The position numbers and the translations under genes are program-made. Below are positions 1 to 12,927 of a stretch of DNA of 64,000 bases, one piece after another. How positions within the stretch are numbered: the stretch's first letter is position 1; every line of letters starts with the position of its first letter. This DNA is from the human T2T-CHM13v2.0 reference genome, Homo sapiens: the NCBI RefSeq assembly GCF_009914755.1, contig NC_060944.1, one strand, 5' to 3'. The notes under the pieces were generated by a model that did not search any database, had not been told where the DNA came from, and saw nothing but the letters and a program-made list of their open reading frames with translations.

Positions 1-1420
1 AAGTTCTTTGTTGGTTACGTGATTTGCAAAGTGTGAGGTTTATGTCAAGGTTCATTTTGTATTTTTGTTTATTTTTTATGTTTTTGTTTATTTTTGTTTA
101 TGTTCGTTTTTAATTTTTGTTTATTTCGAGGTTCATTTTTTATTTTTCGTCTGCGGATGTCCAATTGCTCCAGTATGCTTTGATGTAAAAGCTTTATCAA
201 AAATTAATTGGGCATATTGGCATGGATTTATTTTGGGGCTGTCTCCTGTATTCCATGGGCTATGTGTCTTTCTGTCTACCAATACTACACTGTACTGATT
301 ACTGTAACTATATAATAAATCTTGAAATTGCGTAGATGGATCCTTCCCACTTTATTCTTCTTTTTCAAAATTATTTTAGCTATTCTAGTTCCTCTGCCTT
401 TTCATATATATTTTAGAATAATCTTGTTTATATCTACCAAGAATCTTGCTGTGAGTTTGATTAGAATTGCATTAAACATGTATATGAATTTGGGAAGAAT
501 TCACATCTTTACTATATTGAGTCTTTCAATCCAAAAACATAGTATGTCTCTCCATTTGTTTAGATCTTCTTTGACTTTTTTAAATAAATGTTTTGTCATT
601 TTCAGCATACAACTCCTGTGCATGTTTTGTTAGATTTATACCTATTTCCTTTTTTCTCCCTTAGAAATTATACATGGTATTCTATTTTAAATTTTGCTGT
701 CCGTGTGTTCATTGCTAGCAGATAGAAATACAACTGATGTTCGTGTGTTGATCTTGTATCCTAGCACCTTGCTGAACTCATATATTAGTTCTAGGAGTAT
801 TTTTGTAGATTTTTTTGGGTTTTGCAACATTGACAATCATATCAACTGCAAATAGCGACAGTTTTCTTTCCTTCTGATCTTGTGCCTTTTGTTTCCTTTA
901 CCTGCTTTATCAAACTTGCTAGAACTTCCAGCCATATGCCGAGTAAGTGTGATGAGCATAGACATCCTTGTTCTCAATCTTGCCTGGTTCCCAATCTTAG
1001 TGGGAAAGCATTCAGTCATTCACTATGACATTAGACTGTAGGACTTTTGTAGACACTCTATATCACCTTGAGGAAGATCCTCTCTATTGCTACTTTTCTG
1101 AGCATTTTTTAAAATTATGAATGGCTGTTGAATTTTGTCAAATGTTTTTCCTGCACATTGGTATAATCATTTAATGTTTATTCTTTAGTCTACTGATACG
1201 ATGTATTACATTGATTGATTTTTAAGTATAAAACCAACCTTTCTTCAATGGAATAAGCCCCACTTGGCCATGGTGTACCATTCTCCATTATATACTGCTG
1301 AATTCTACCTACTAATATTTTGCTGAGGATTTTTGTGTCTAAATCCATTAAGAATATTGGTCTATATTTCTCTTTTTTGTTCTGTCTTTGTCTGGTTTTG
1401 GTAGCAGGGTAATGCCAGCC
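1..1420 (-). mobile_element. Ancient LINE-1 (L1M-type) ORF2 fragment, degenerate
   Basis: Minus-strand ORF 1190-1441 (KKEKYRPIFLMDLDTKILSKILVGRIQQYI) resembles L1 ORF2 RT ([30 protein letters not shown]). T-rich plus strand with many stops and frameshifts. Confidence 0.9.
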
Positions 1421-1450
1421 CCAGTAGCACCAGAAGAACAAGGCTTACTA

Positions 1451-2140
<690 letters not shown>

Positions 2141-2199
2141 GGAGAAGTTCAGTGATGGACAAATACCCCAACTCTCTATTGAATGGGCAGGATGGCCGG

Positions 2200-2442
2200 A
2201 CACATAAAACATGCCACGCTGTCTCCTGCCACAATTCCCCAGCCCTGCCATGCTGACTTCAGAGGGACTGAGCTTCAGTTGCCCACGGTGCTGTCTGGGT
2301 AACCTGTCCTTCATGGGCTGCCTGCCCTTCCTGTTTCACTCCTTATGCTCCATGCTATGCTTCTTGGGATCAATTCTCAAATCAATTTCTTGAACTCAAA
2401 TCCTTGTCTCAGGGTTGGCTTCTGGCAACCCCAAACCAAGAC
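2200..2442 (+). mobile_element. ERVL LTR fragment (LTR16-like), 3' part
   Basis: Ends with ...CTCAAATCCTTGTCTCAGGGTTGGCTTCTGGCAACCCCAAACCAAGAC, similar to the LTR16 3' end. Confidence 0.65.
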
Positions 2443-2789
2443 TAATTCTTACTAATTCTCATGACAACCTATAAGGTATTACAGGTAAAACATGGAACAG
2501 CACCTAACCCAGAGTAAGTTCTCACTGGTAACTTTCATGATTGGTGCCTCAGTTTTGTTATGTATAAGACAGAGGCATCGAACCCCTCACCCTCTTCCTC
2601 TGGACTTCTTCTTGTTCTCCTCTTAAATCAAAATCTCTGCAAACCCACCTTTGTTCTTTGTTTTACCTGTTCTTTCCCAAGGGAAGGCAAACAGCCTTCT
2701 CCCTGTAGGATGCTCAGGCAGACAAAGGAGCTGCTTCAAGCCAGCGCCCCTCCCTCACCAACCCCAGTGGAATCCCAGCCTCCACAGTC

Positions 2790-2950
2790 AGTTGGGTTGT
2801 TGTTTTTTATAATACCAGTGTGAAATAAATTGAAAAATTACCCATAAAATACAGGTTTTCAGCAGCTGGCCTGAAATTTCTTTCCATAAACAAACAAGTT
2901 TAAAGAGATGCCTGATGCCACCCGCCAATCCCAAACTTTTATGTCCCCAT
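2790..2950. promoter_or_regulatory. Candidate enhancer (HOX/CDX, FOX and E-box motif cluster)
   Basis: Repeat-free AT-rich island: CCCATAAAA 2841, CAGCTG 2863, CCATAAACAAACA 2884-2896, CCAAT 2925, TTTTATG 2937. Motif evidence only. Confidence 0.35.
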
Positions 2951-3119
2951 GTGGCAGTGGGGTCTGCCGGGAGATTTGGCCTCCTGGGCAAAGGCAGGCT
3001 GCTGGGGGCCACAAGTCACCCCTAGGTCTTTGGGGCTGACTTGTACTTCTCAACCGTATCTGTCTGCTCCATGAAGAATCCCCCAGACTCATCCCTCATC
3101 CCCCAGCTCCTACACTCAG

Positions 3120-3348
3120 CATAGACTTGGGAGCCAAACTGCCTGGATTTGAATCAGAGATTTCCACTTATTCAGTGTGACTTCAAGCAAGTTACTTAAT
3201 CTATCTCTGCCTCAGTTTCCCCAACTGATAATGCTGATAATAGTAGTACCTACTTCATAGGATTGTTTGTGGATTAAATTAGTTAAATATACATGAAGTT
3301 CTTAGGACATGGCACAAGACCATGCTGTATAACTGTTAGCTATTATTA
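3120..3348 (+). mobile_element. MIR SINE
   Basis: Core GCAAGTTACTTAATCTATCTCTGCCTCAGTTTCCCC...TAGTACCTACTTCATAGGATTGTT and 3' end GTTAGCTATTATT. Confidence 0.88.
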
Positions 3349-3544
3349 GTCGTCCAGGAGGAAGAAAAACTAGGATGGAAGCTACAGCAGGAGGCCTAGT
3401 GACATTTTGATTTTCCCACAATAAGCTTTCTCTGGAGTTTCCTTCAGGGTGTTTACATAAATGCCTGTCCAACACTCTGCAGTTTGCAAAGCTTGCTACA
3501 TCTGCTATCTCATTTGGATCAACATTTAAGCCATGGAAGGAGTT

Positions 3545-3680
3545 AGGACAGAGGTTGTGATTATCCCCATTACCCCTAGTTTACAGAAGAGGAAACTGAG
3601 GCCCAATAGGTGAATTGACTTGCTCATGATCTCAAGAAGGGGTAGAGCCAGGACCCCATTTCTGTAGCTTGAGGATCCGG
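3545..3680 (-). mobile_element. MIR SINE fragment
   Basis: Reverse core TTTACAGAAGAGGAAACTGAGGCCC. Confidence 0.8.
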
Positions 3681-3751
3681 GACGCATCTTGATTCTTGTC
3701 ACACACTGAAAGCAGGTCAGAGCCCTCCTGATCCTGCATCGCACACTGAAG

Positions 3752-4065
3752 CTTGAACCTCATCCTAGACCACAACATAACCCTGGTCTCAGGTGGGGCT
3801 CTGACCCCATGCTTGACCACAGACTGAAGCCCAGATTAAGCCTCAGTATCGGTTTGAGTCAGAACTCTGAATCTCGCTTCACACTAGGCCCTGACTCCAG
3901 CCTCAGACTGATTCCTGATCTTTGTTATAGGCTGAGTCCTAATCCAGGTCCCATATTGACTCATGATCGTGATTCCACACTGTGCCCTAACTCTGGCCCC
4001 AGACTGAGCCCCCAGTGGGAGCCTCTAACTTGGAACTCCATCTCTAACCCCATCTTGAATCTTTT
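3752..4065. repeat. Cryptic degenerate hexamer array (consensus close to CCTRAC, telomere-like)
   Basis: About 43 in-phase hexamers from 3752 to 4009, mostly YYYRRN, e.g. cctgac tccagc ctcaga ctgatt cctgat ... cctaat ... cctaac tctggc cccaga ctgagc. Confidence 0.6.
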
Positions 4066-4959
4066 GTATAAATCCAATTGCCCATCTTCCCCAGGCTTTG
4101 GTCCATCTACCTGAAAAACAGAGTAGGGAAGAAAGTGCTCAGCACCCTTTGGAGAAGGCCCAGGCACCAGAGCAGAATTTACAATCCACCACAGGAAGCA
4201 AGACCCTCATCTCATCTCCTGTGTTTGCAACTTCCTCCAACTCCACCCCAGCTGGGACAGCCTCAAAGACCCCAGTCCTCCTGACGCCAGAACTCTGAGG
4301 AGTTCTATTGTTTAGGTGGTTTTCGGTTTTGATTATTTAATACAGTCATTTCTGGTTTTATATTCACAGCTTTGGTCAGCTGGGATAGGGTTTTTCTTCT
4401 TCCTGTGGTTGAAGTTGTAACACTATTTCAAACAAAGGAAAAATTTTAAAAACAACAGTGAAAATATTTTCAAAATATGTTCACAATCAAGTTAATTTCT
4501 TGGTAATTGGCTGGGGAAGAGAAGGGAAGGACAAAGAGAGATTTTTCATAATGAAGGGACAGCAGTTCTCTGGTGGGTTGGGGGACAGCAGGGTGGGGGC
4601 CAGCCTTGGGTCTCAGTCTACACAAAGGTGGTAATGGGCTGGGGGAGATAGGGATTGGGAGCTGGACCCAGGACAGTGGATGAGAAAAGCCAAGGTCAGG
4701 CCTCTAAATGTCCCACTCTGGAGGGAGTTAGGACCCGGAGCCTATTTTTCTCTGTGTGCCCTTAATTCTGGGCCTCACTTTTTTCATCTGTGAAATGGAT
4801 TCAATAACACCTGCCCAAGGAGGACTCTTGAAATTAAAAGACAAGGTGGCTGCAAAGCACCCAGCACAAGGCCTGACACTGAGGTGTACAAGTAATAGTA
4901 GTTGATGCCATCATTATTATTTGTATTCATGGTTTGCCAGCCCAGAGGCTGTAGAACCT

Positions 4960-5185
4960 GGTGGTACAGGGAAGCCTGAGTCAGACAACCTGGATTCAAG
5001 CCCCAGTTGTGCCACTTACTACTTATGTGACCTCTGGCAAGTTGCTGAGCCTCTCTGACCTTTGGTTTTCTCATCCATAAAATGGGGATAGTAACTGAGT
5101 TGTTGTGAGGATCGAATGCATGACTGCATGCAAAGCACTTAGAACTGTGCCTAGTGCATAGTCAGTGCCAAGTGTCAGCTACTAC
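4960..5185 (+). mobile_element. MIR SINE (a second MIR fragment lies at about 4745-4900)
   Basis: CCTGGATTCAAGCCCCAG...GTGACCTCTGGCAAGTTGCTGAGCCTCTCTG...CATCCATAAAATGGGGATAGTAA...GTTGTTGTGAGGAT...AAAGCACTTAGAAC. Confidence 0.88.
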
Positions 5186-5199
5186 TATCTGCTCAAAAA

Positions 5200-5900
5200 T
5201 ATTTCATGCATACCTACTACTTGCAGGTTGTGAATTGATTGATTCTTTTTTCATTACTAAGCACTAACTGTGTGCCAGAGAGCAGTGAGAACCGAAGACA
5301 CAGTAGCTTCTATCAAGGCCCTCATCGCCTGGTGGGAGACTGAGAAGGAAAGAAGGCAATGATGACAAGGTCAAGTAAGTTCTAAAATCCAGGCACAGGG
5401 GAGGAGCTGTGGGAGCCTAGGGGCAAGGCCAGAGAAGGGTTCACAGGAGTTAAACATTCATTCATTCAACAAGTATCTACTGAGCACTGGCCCAAGGCTG
5501 AGGATTCAGCCACCACCACCACAGGTCCACATCTGGCCTTCCTGGAGCTTGCAGCCTAGCCGGGGAGACAGGAACAATGAAGACACACACACTTAGATAA
5601 CATGATGGTGGTGATGGTGAGTGCCGCGATGAAAAACCAAAGCCAGGGGAGGGGATAGAGAATGACAGACATGGTCAGGGGAGGCTTCTCTGCAAGGTGA
5701 GCAGAGATTTGGATAAAGTGGGGGAACGAGTCCTGTGGAGGTCTGGGGAGGGCATTCCAGGTGGAGGGGCAGTAAATGCAGAGGCCCAGAGGCCTCTCCA
5801 TGGGCTAACGAGGGAGGCAGAGGGAGGGAGGGAGTGGAGGGAGCAAGGGTATGTGTAGGAGGGAAGCAGGGCAGGAGTGGGAGCACAGTGACTCGCCTGC
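5200..5900 (-). mobile_element. L2 LINE 3' fragments
   Basis: Reverse L2 tail CATTCATTCATTCAACAAGTATCTACTGAGCAC at about 5456, followed by purine-rich L2-like sequence. Confidence 0.75.
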
Positions 5901-7209
5901 ATGTATTCCCAAGGAGATGGGAAGGAGAGGCGAGCAGAGGGGTAAAGGAGAGGAAGCAGGAGCTGCCACTTTTGAGAAGCACTGAGAAGAGAAGCAGAGG
6001 TGGGTGGGGAGGGGGATGCAGGGCCAGGACTGGTGGGCAGGGGCCCTGCAAGCCCTGCTTACTGGAACGGGAGAAGGCTGGGGGAGGTGTTCCAACCTTC
6101 ACAAGCCACAGGCAACCACCGAGTGACATTAGACAGGGAAGGGATGAGATCAGACCCTGGCATTAGAAAGGCTGGAGTTCTGGGTCCTTCATGCTCTCTC
6201 CCTTAATTCTTACAAGAACCCATTTCACAGGTGGGGAAAATAGAGGTCCCAGAGAGGTTCAGTGACTTGCTCCAGGTCACTCTGAAAGGACACAGATCTG
6301 GCTGCCTCCAGCTCCCCCTGCTCCTTGAGTTCCCTGCTGTCTTCCCTGGCCTCTGCCTCTGGGCCCAAGAACTCCCAGCCCTCAGCATCCATGGCCTCCC
6401 CCTGGCCCACGAAGTCCTCAGCCACCTCCTTCCTGGAGGGCTCAGCCAAAATCAGACTGAGGAAGAAGTGGTGGGCACCCACCTTCTGGCCTTCCTCAGC
6501 CCCTTATTCCTAGGACCAGTCCCCATCTAGGGGTCCTCACTGCCTCCCTGCAGCCCCTTGAAACTTCTGATCATTCAGCTCCTGGGATGTCCTGGGCAAA
6601 GTTATCCAGGCCCAGGTCCCTGGCTCGTGGCTCTCCTCTCATTCCCTCAGTGGGTGCCCTGCCCACACCAGGATTGCATTCACCATCCAGGTGCTTGCTG
6701 ACTCGGGGGCAGGCTGAGTGCTGATGAGTTAATGCCCCCCAGGAGCACCCCTGAGTGGATGAGGATGGGAGTTGGTGGAAAAACATTTCAGTCCCCTCGC
6801 CCCTTGGGTGGGACAGTTCTGTTGCCAGAGTTCCCAGTGGGAGGGATGCCCAGTTGCCAACTTGATCCTTATCACACCTGTGCTTGCTTCTTTGGGACTG
6901 GCTTCCAGGGAATCTATTTGGACGGGAATTCTTGTTTCCAGGTCTGCCAAGATAACTGCCAAGCCTAGTCCATTCTACCTGCAAAATAGCTCTCCAACCC
7001 TTGCCTCTGTGACTGCCAGGTCTGCCGCAGCCTCCTGCATCTCTGTTTGTACTCGTGTAAAGGCCCCCCAAGCTGTCCTCTTGTTTTGCCCTTGCAGTCT
7101 ACCCCTCCTCCCTCCCAAGGAGCCAAAGGGGTTGGGTTTTAAGGAAAACCTGACCATGGCTGCCTGCTGTTCTCAGGCTAAACAGCACCCCTGCAAGGCC
7201 CACAGGCAG

Positions 7210-8052
<843 letters not shown>

Positions 8053-9203
8053 GTGCGGCTGCATTTGCCTCCCAGGGCAGCCCAGGTGTAAGCTATACAG
8101 CTTGGTGGAATGTCTCCATGGCTTCTAGGGGATGGCCCAAGAGAGTTCCAAACACATCATATTCCAGTGAATGGGACTGGTCAGCCCACAGCCACATGGC
8201 CATGTCCAGCTGCAAGGGAGGCTGGGAAATGTAATATTCTGCAGGCCACCCATGTGCTCAGATAAAAATAAAGAGAATATTATTCAAGAGAAAGGGAGAC
8301 AGAGTGTGGGGGATGACTGATGATCCTTGCCATAAGCATCAGCAGGAAACCACCAGCCCCCACTTCCCTGTTTCTGCATGTCTGTTTCTTGGTCCTTCCT
8401 GTGTGTGATGGAGGGAAAGATGGCTGTGTGTGATGGAAAAAAAGATGGTCCTGAATGAGCCTGATTCCACTTCTGGGTTCCCACACCCTCTGGTAATTCC
8501 CTCCTTTCCCCCGTTTCTGCCCTGTATCTCCTACAGTGTCTCCAGCCCTCCTTCACTCCATTTCTCCCTCTCATCATAGACTGTCTTGGAAGTTCTGCCT
8601 ACAAATGTGGCGGCTGCTGTCCCACTCTTCTCTCCATCCCCTCTGGAAGCCTGGCCTCTCCCCAACTTCCTGCTCTGTTCTGTAGCTCACTCAGCGAGGA
8701 CCAGTCCCTCTCTGTCATGAGATCCACTTTTTCTCTCCAACCTCCCTGTGGGCCTCTGTCCTGTCAACATCCCTCCTGACACTCTCTGTGACATTTGACC
8801 ACCTGCTGGAATCAAAGAATGTGGGCTCTGCAATCAGGCAGGACAGAAATGAAGATGCTTCCCCTTTCTCAGCCTCAATGATCTCATCTGTAAAATGGTG
8901 TGAAGAATGTCCACTAACTAATTGAAACAAATTTTTATTTGCAGCCATGACATACCATGCATTTAAGTAAGCCCATATGAGCACATCTGAAGGCAGTGAT
9001 AATACAATCAATAATACTACTGGGAGTGCCTAGCTCTTACTGAGTGCTAAGCTCTTCAGCACGTCAGCTCAGAAATGTGGCCCCTCCCATGGCCCCGCCT
9101 GCACTCTTTTCTCCTTTTTTGCTTAACTTCCCTTTTGTTGCTTCTTTCTTGAGTCCATTTTTGGCTCTGTTCTCTCCTCATCTCTGCAGCTTTCCCAAAT
9201 TCT

Positions 9204-9524
9204 TTTTTAAATTTTTATTTATTTATGTATGTATTTATTTTGAGACTGAGTTTCACTCTTGTTGCCCAGACTGGAGTGCAATAGCATGATCTCGGCTCAC
9301 TGAAACCTCCACCTCTTGGGTTCAAGTGATTCTTCTGCCTCAGCCTCCCAAGTAGCTGGGATTACAGGCGCACACCACCCTGCTCAGCTAATTACTGTAT
9401 TTTTAGTAGAGACAGGGTTTCATCATGTTGGCCAGGCTGGTCTCTAACTCCTAACCTCAGGTGATCCACTCGCCTCAGCTTCCCAAAGTGCTGGGATTAC
9501 AGGCATGAGATACCACATCCAGCC
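9204..9524 (-). mobile_element. Full-length AluS
   Basis: Reverse Alu with (TTTA/TGTA)n tail. Diverged TSD AGCTTTCCCAAATTCT / AGCTCTCCCAAATCCT. Confidence 0.95.
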
Positions 9525-9849
9525 AGCTCTCCCAAATCCTTTTCCCAGCTCTGACATGTTGCCACACTTCATCTACCTGGCTGGACACCTCCACTTGAAG
9601 TCCTGTGGACATCTCAAACCCAGGGTGTCTAAAATAGAACTCAGCCTCTTCCCCTGCAGGCTTCCAACTCTGGAAAGGGCCCAACCACCTACCCGCTGGG
9701 TCTGTGAGCCAGGCCTTCCTCTCAGGCCCCTCCTCTCTTCCCCTGGCCCCAGCCTCCTTCCCCACTTCCCCACCCTTCCCCACCCCAATGCACATACAGT
9801 TGCTCAATTGCTAGTCCTCACATACTGCATTGTGTCACCCCACCTGGTC

Positions 9850-10120
9850 ATTGTCCTGCCCATGTCCTCTCAGCACTCACCTTTCCATGTCCAAGGAGTC
9901 TTCTGCAAACATCTGCAACTGTCTGAAGCCAAGGTGCTGGAGAACTAAGAGAGAGTCCCCAAGCAGCCCTCAGCCAATGACCGATGGGAGGTGGTGGATA
10001 AATACCAGCCCCCTGCCCTGAGTTGGGAGACCTGAGGTGTGCTCTTCACTGTCTCAAGAGGACCTCAATGGGGCTGAGCTCCCGTTGCCCATATTAGCAA
10101 TTCACTTATTATGCATCAGT
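9850..10120 (+). mobile_element. ERVL LTR (LTR16C-like)
   Basis: GCAGCCCTCAGCCAATGACCGATGGGAGGTGGTGGATAAATACCAGC...TGAGCTCCCGTTGCCCA matches LTR16C features (CCAAT and TATA-like boxes). Confidence 0.7.
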
Positions 10121-10769
10121 GGCTTCAGTGGTTTACTGCAGTGTCTTCATTGTCTCTGGGCCACATAATTTTATGGAAGTCACAGCCCTTCTCTCTAAAG
10201 TCCATCTATGAAGCCACTTTACCTCTGTTTGAGAAGCACTGGTCTCCAGGATGACATCTATACCCCTTACCTGGCATTCAAGGTCAACCTGCTGACTCCA
10301 CCATGTGTCTACCCTTCCATGCTTTGCTCATGCTCTTCCCTCCTGCCTGAAATATTCATCACTTTGCTTAATGCTTGTCTGAGTTGCACCTATCCTTCAA
10401 GACTCAGCTCAAGTTCACTTCCTCCGGGAAGCCTTTCAGACCACATTAATCCTTCGAGTGTTCCCCACAGCCCCAAGAATCTGCTTCCCACATGTGGCAC
10501 AAATAGTGCCTTGGGTCTTACCTGGTTTGTTCCTTCAGCAAACCAAGGTTAAGTTAGCATTTTCTCTGTGCAAGGCCCTGAGAGCTGGGAGAGCTGGAGA
10601 CATGAGGTGAGTCAACACAGACCCTGCTCTGAGGTCTGGGCAGTCCAGTCGAAAGACGTCCAGGACATGGGGTTGGGCATTCCAGGCAAGACCATCAACT
10701 CCACGAGGAAAGGGATGATTTTAATTCACTATGAGAAATGAGTGAATCATTTATTTTCTTAGCTTAAAA

Positions 10770-10967
10770 CAGGGGGTGGACAAGAGACTGACTCTGGCCC
10801 ACCATCTGTTTTTATAAATAAAGTTTTATTGAAACACAACTATATTTCTTCATGTATCACCTATGGCCTTTACACTACAATGTAGGAGTAATTGTGAAAG
10901 AGACCACATGGACCACAAACACTAAAATATTTACTGTTTGGACCCTTATAGAAGTTCCCTGGCCCTG
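10770..10967. mobile_element. MER58A (hAT-Charlie MITE) inserted into an MLT1 LTR
   Basis: CAGGGG...CCCTG termini, internal GTTTTTATAAATAAAGTTTTATTGAAACAC, and 8-bp TSD GCTTAAAA/GCTTGAAA. MLT1F-like minus-strand sequence resumes at 10976-11130. Confidence 0.85.
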
Positions 10968-11139
10968 GCTTGAAACACTAATACTTGTTTATTATTTCAC
11001 ACAGTTTCTGAAGGCCAGAAATTTGGGAGTGGTTTAGCTGGGTGGTTCTGGCTGAGGGTGTCTCAGGAGGTTGCAGTCCGCAGGGCTGTCTGAGTCTCAT
11101 CATAACACAGCAGCTGGTTTCCCCAGTGAAGGCTTCCAT

Positions 11140-11335
11140 GCTAGGCACCTCACACACAGCCTCATTTAATCCTCATAAACATCCTTAAAGGACAGCTATG
11201 ATTATTACCTACATTTCTCAGCTGAGGAAACCAGAGCTCAGAGAGAGGAAGTTATTTCCCTAAGGCAAGGACAGAGCTAGGACTGGAGCTCAGGTTCCTC
11301 TGCCTCCAAAGCCCTGCTCCTAACCACTGGGCTGT
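11140..11335 (-). mobile_element. MIR SINE
   Basis: CTCATTTAATCCTCATAAAC...TGAGGAAACCAGAGCTCAGAGAG. Confidence 0.8.
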
Positions 11336-12364
11336 CCTTCTGAGCACCACGGGGTCCCAGCAAATGGTCTGTGGCTGGGGATCCAGGATCATTGTGATTT
11401 GACTCAGATGTCCCTTTGCCAGGAGTATGGTCCTACTCTCCCTCCAGTTACCTGCTCCACATGTGGGGTCCACCTTCTTTCAGACCCTCTATCAAGTGAG
11501 TCAATGGTACTGTCCAATTCCTTCCCAATATCTTTGCCATCCACCCCCACTCTTTTCCAGCCCCACTGCTTCGGTCTTACCTCTGGCCGTCTGGGCTCCC
11601 ATCTAGAGACAAAGTCAGGGGAGGTGATGCTTTCTGCTGATATTCCTTGATTTTTTCCACCTGATTCACTTTCAGCTCTCCTCTGCCCATCCTCTCAGAA
11701 GATGGATATGCAAAAAATGACCCCAGAGCCATAGGAAGGCCCCAAATGCATCCCAAAGTACTGCAGATGATACCTCCTGATCAAGCCCTGCTGCTAATCA
11801 ATCAATAGAATTAATATAATTATACAATTTCATTTATTCAGCCTTCTACCTTCACAAATGCCTGGACCTTGGTTTCAGGTAAACTGGCTCAAGTTCCTGC
11901 TTGGTCTTTGCCAACATGTGTCCATGGGCAGGTCTTAGTCTTTCCTTTGGCCTCAGCCTCCTCATCTCAGGATTGCTAGAGGGGGTTAAAGGACATTGCA
12001 TTGTAATTTGCTTGTTTTCACACTTGGTACATAATACTTGCTAGAACCATGATGCAAAGAGCAGTCAGTCTGCATGCTTATAAGGGAAGCAAAGATGTTC
12101 AGTATTATAGAATGCATGGCTAACATGGCCCCAAGATGGTCCAATGGAAAGCTCTTCTTCTAATCAAATAGTGAACAATCCAGGAATAACCAAAGAAAAA
12201 GTTCATCTTATTATTTGTTTTCACAGCAGCTCCATGAGGCAGAATTAATTTTGTGTGTTTTGCAGATACGGGAACAGTAGGTGAGAGCATGAGTAACTCA
12301 GCTCAGGTCACACAGCAGGTGGGAGAGAACTGGAACAAGAACCCAGTGCTCTTTCTGCTCTACC

Positions 12365-12927
12365 CACTGACCCATCCTCTCACGCATCATGCACCCATAC
12401 TCCCATCCACCCACCTTCCCATTCATGCATTCACCCATTCACCCACCTTCCATCCATCTACCATCCACCATGTACCTACACTCCCATCTACCATCCACCC
12501 ACATTTCCATTCACCCATCCTCCCATCCATCAACCCTCCAATCCACCACCCACAGACCTTCCCATCCATTCATTTACCCATCCACATATTCACCCACCCT
12601 CCCATCCATCCATCTACTGTCCATCACCTACTCATTTTCCCATCTGCTATTCACCCCCACCCTCCTATCCATCCATTCAACCATCCACCCACCCTCCCAT
12701 CCAACCATCCACTGTCCCAACCATCCACCATCTACCCACCTATCCACCACTCACCCTTTCTTTCACTCATCCTCCCATCCTCCCATCCACCATCCACCCT
12801 CCACCCACCCTCCCATCCAATCATCCACTGTCCCAACCATCCACCATCTACCCACCTATCCACCACTCACCCTTTCTTTCATTCACTCATCCTCCCATCC
12901 TCCCATCCACCATCCACCCTCCACCCA
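12365..12927. repeat. Degenerate (CCAT/CCAC)n array with a 116-bp higher-order duplication
   Basis: C/A/T-rich tetramer array. 12685-12800 is repeated at 12801-12920 with a 4-nt insertion. Confidence 0.92.
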
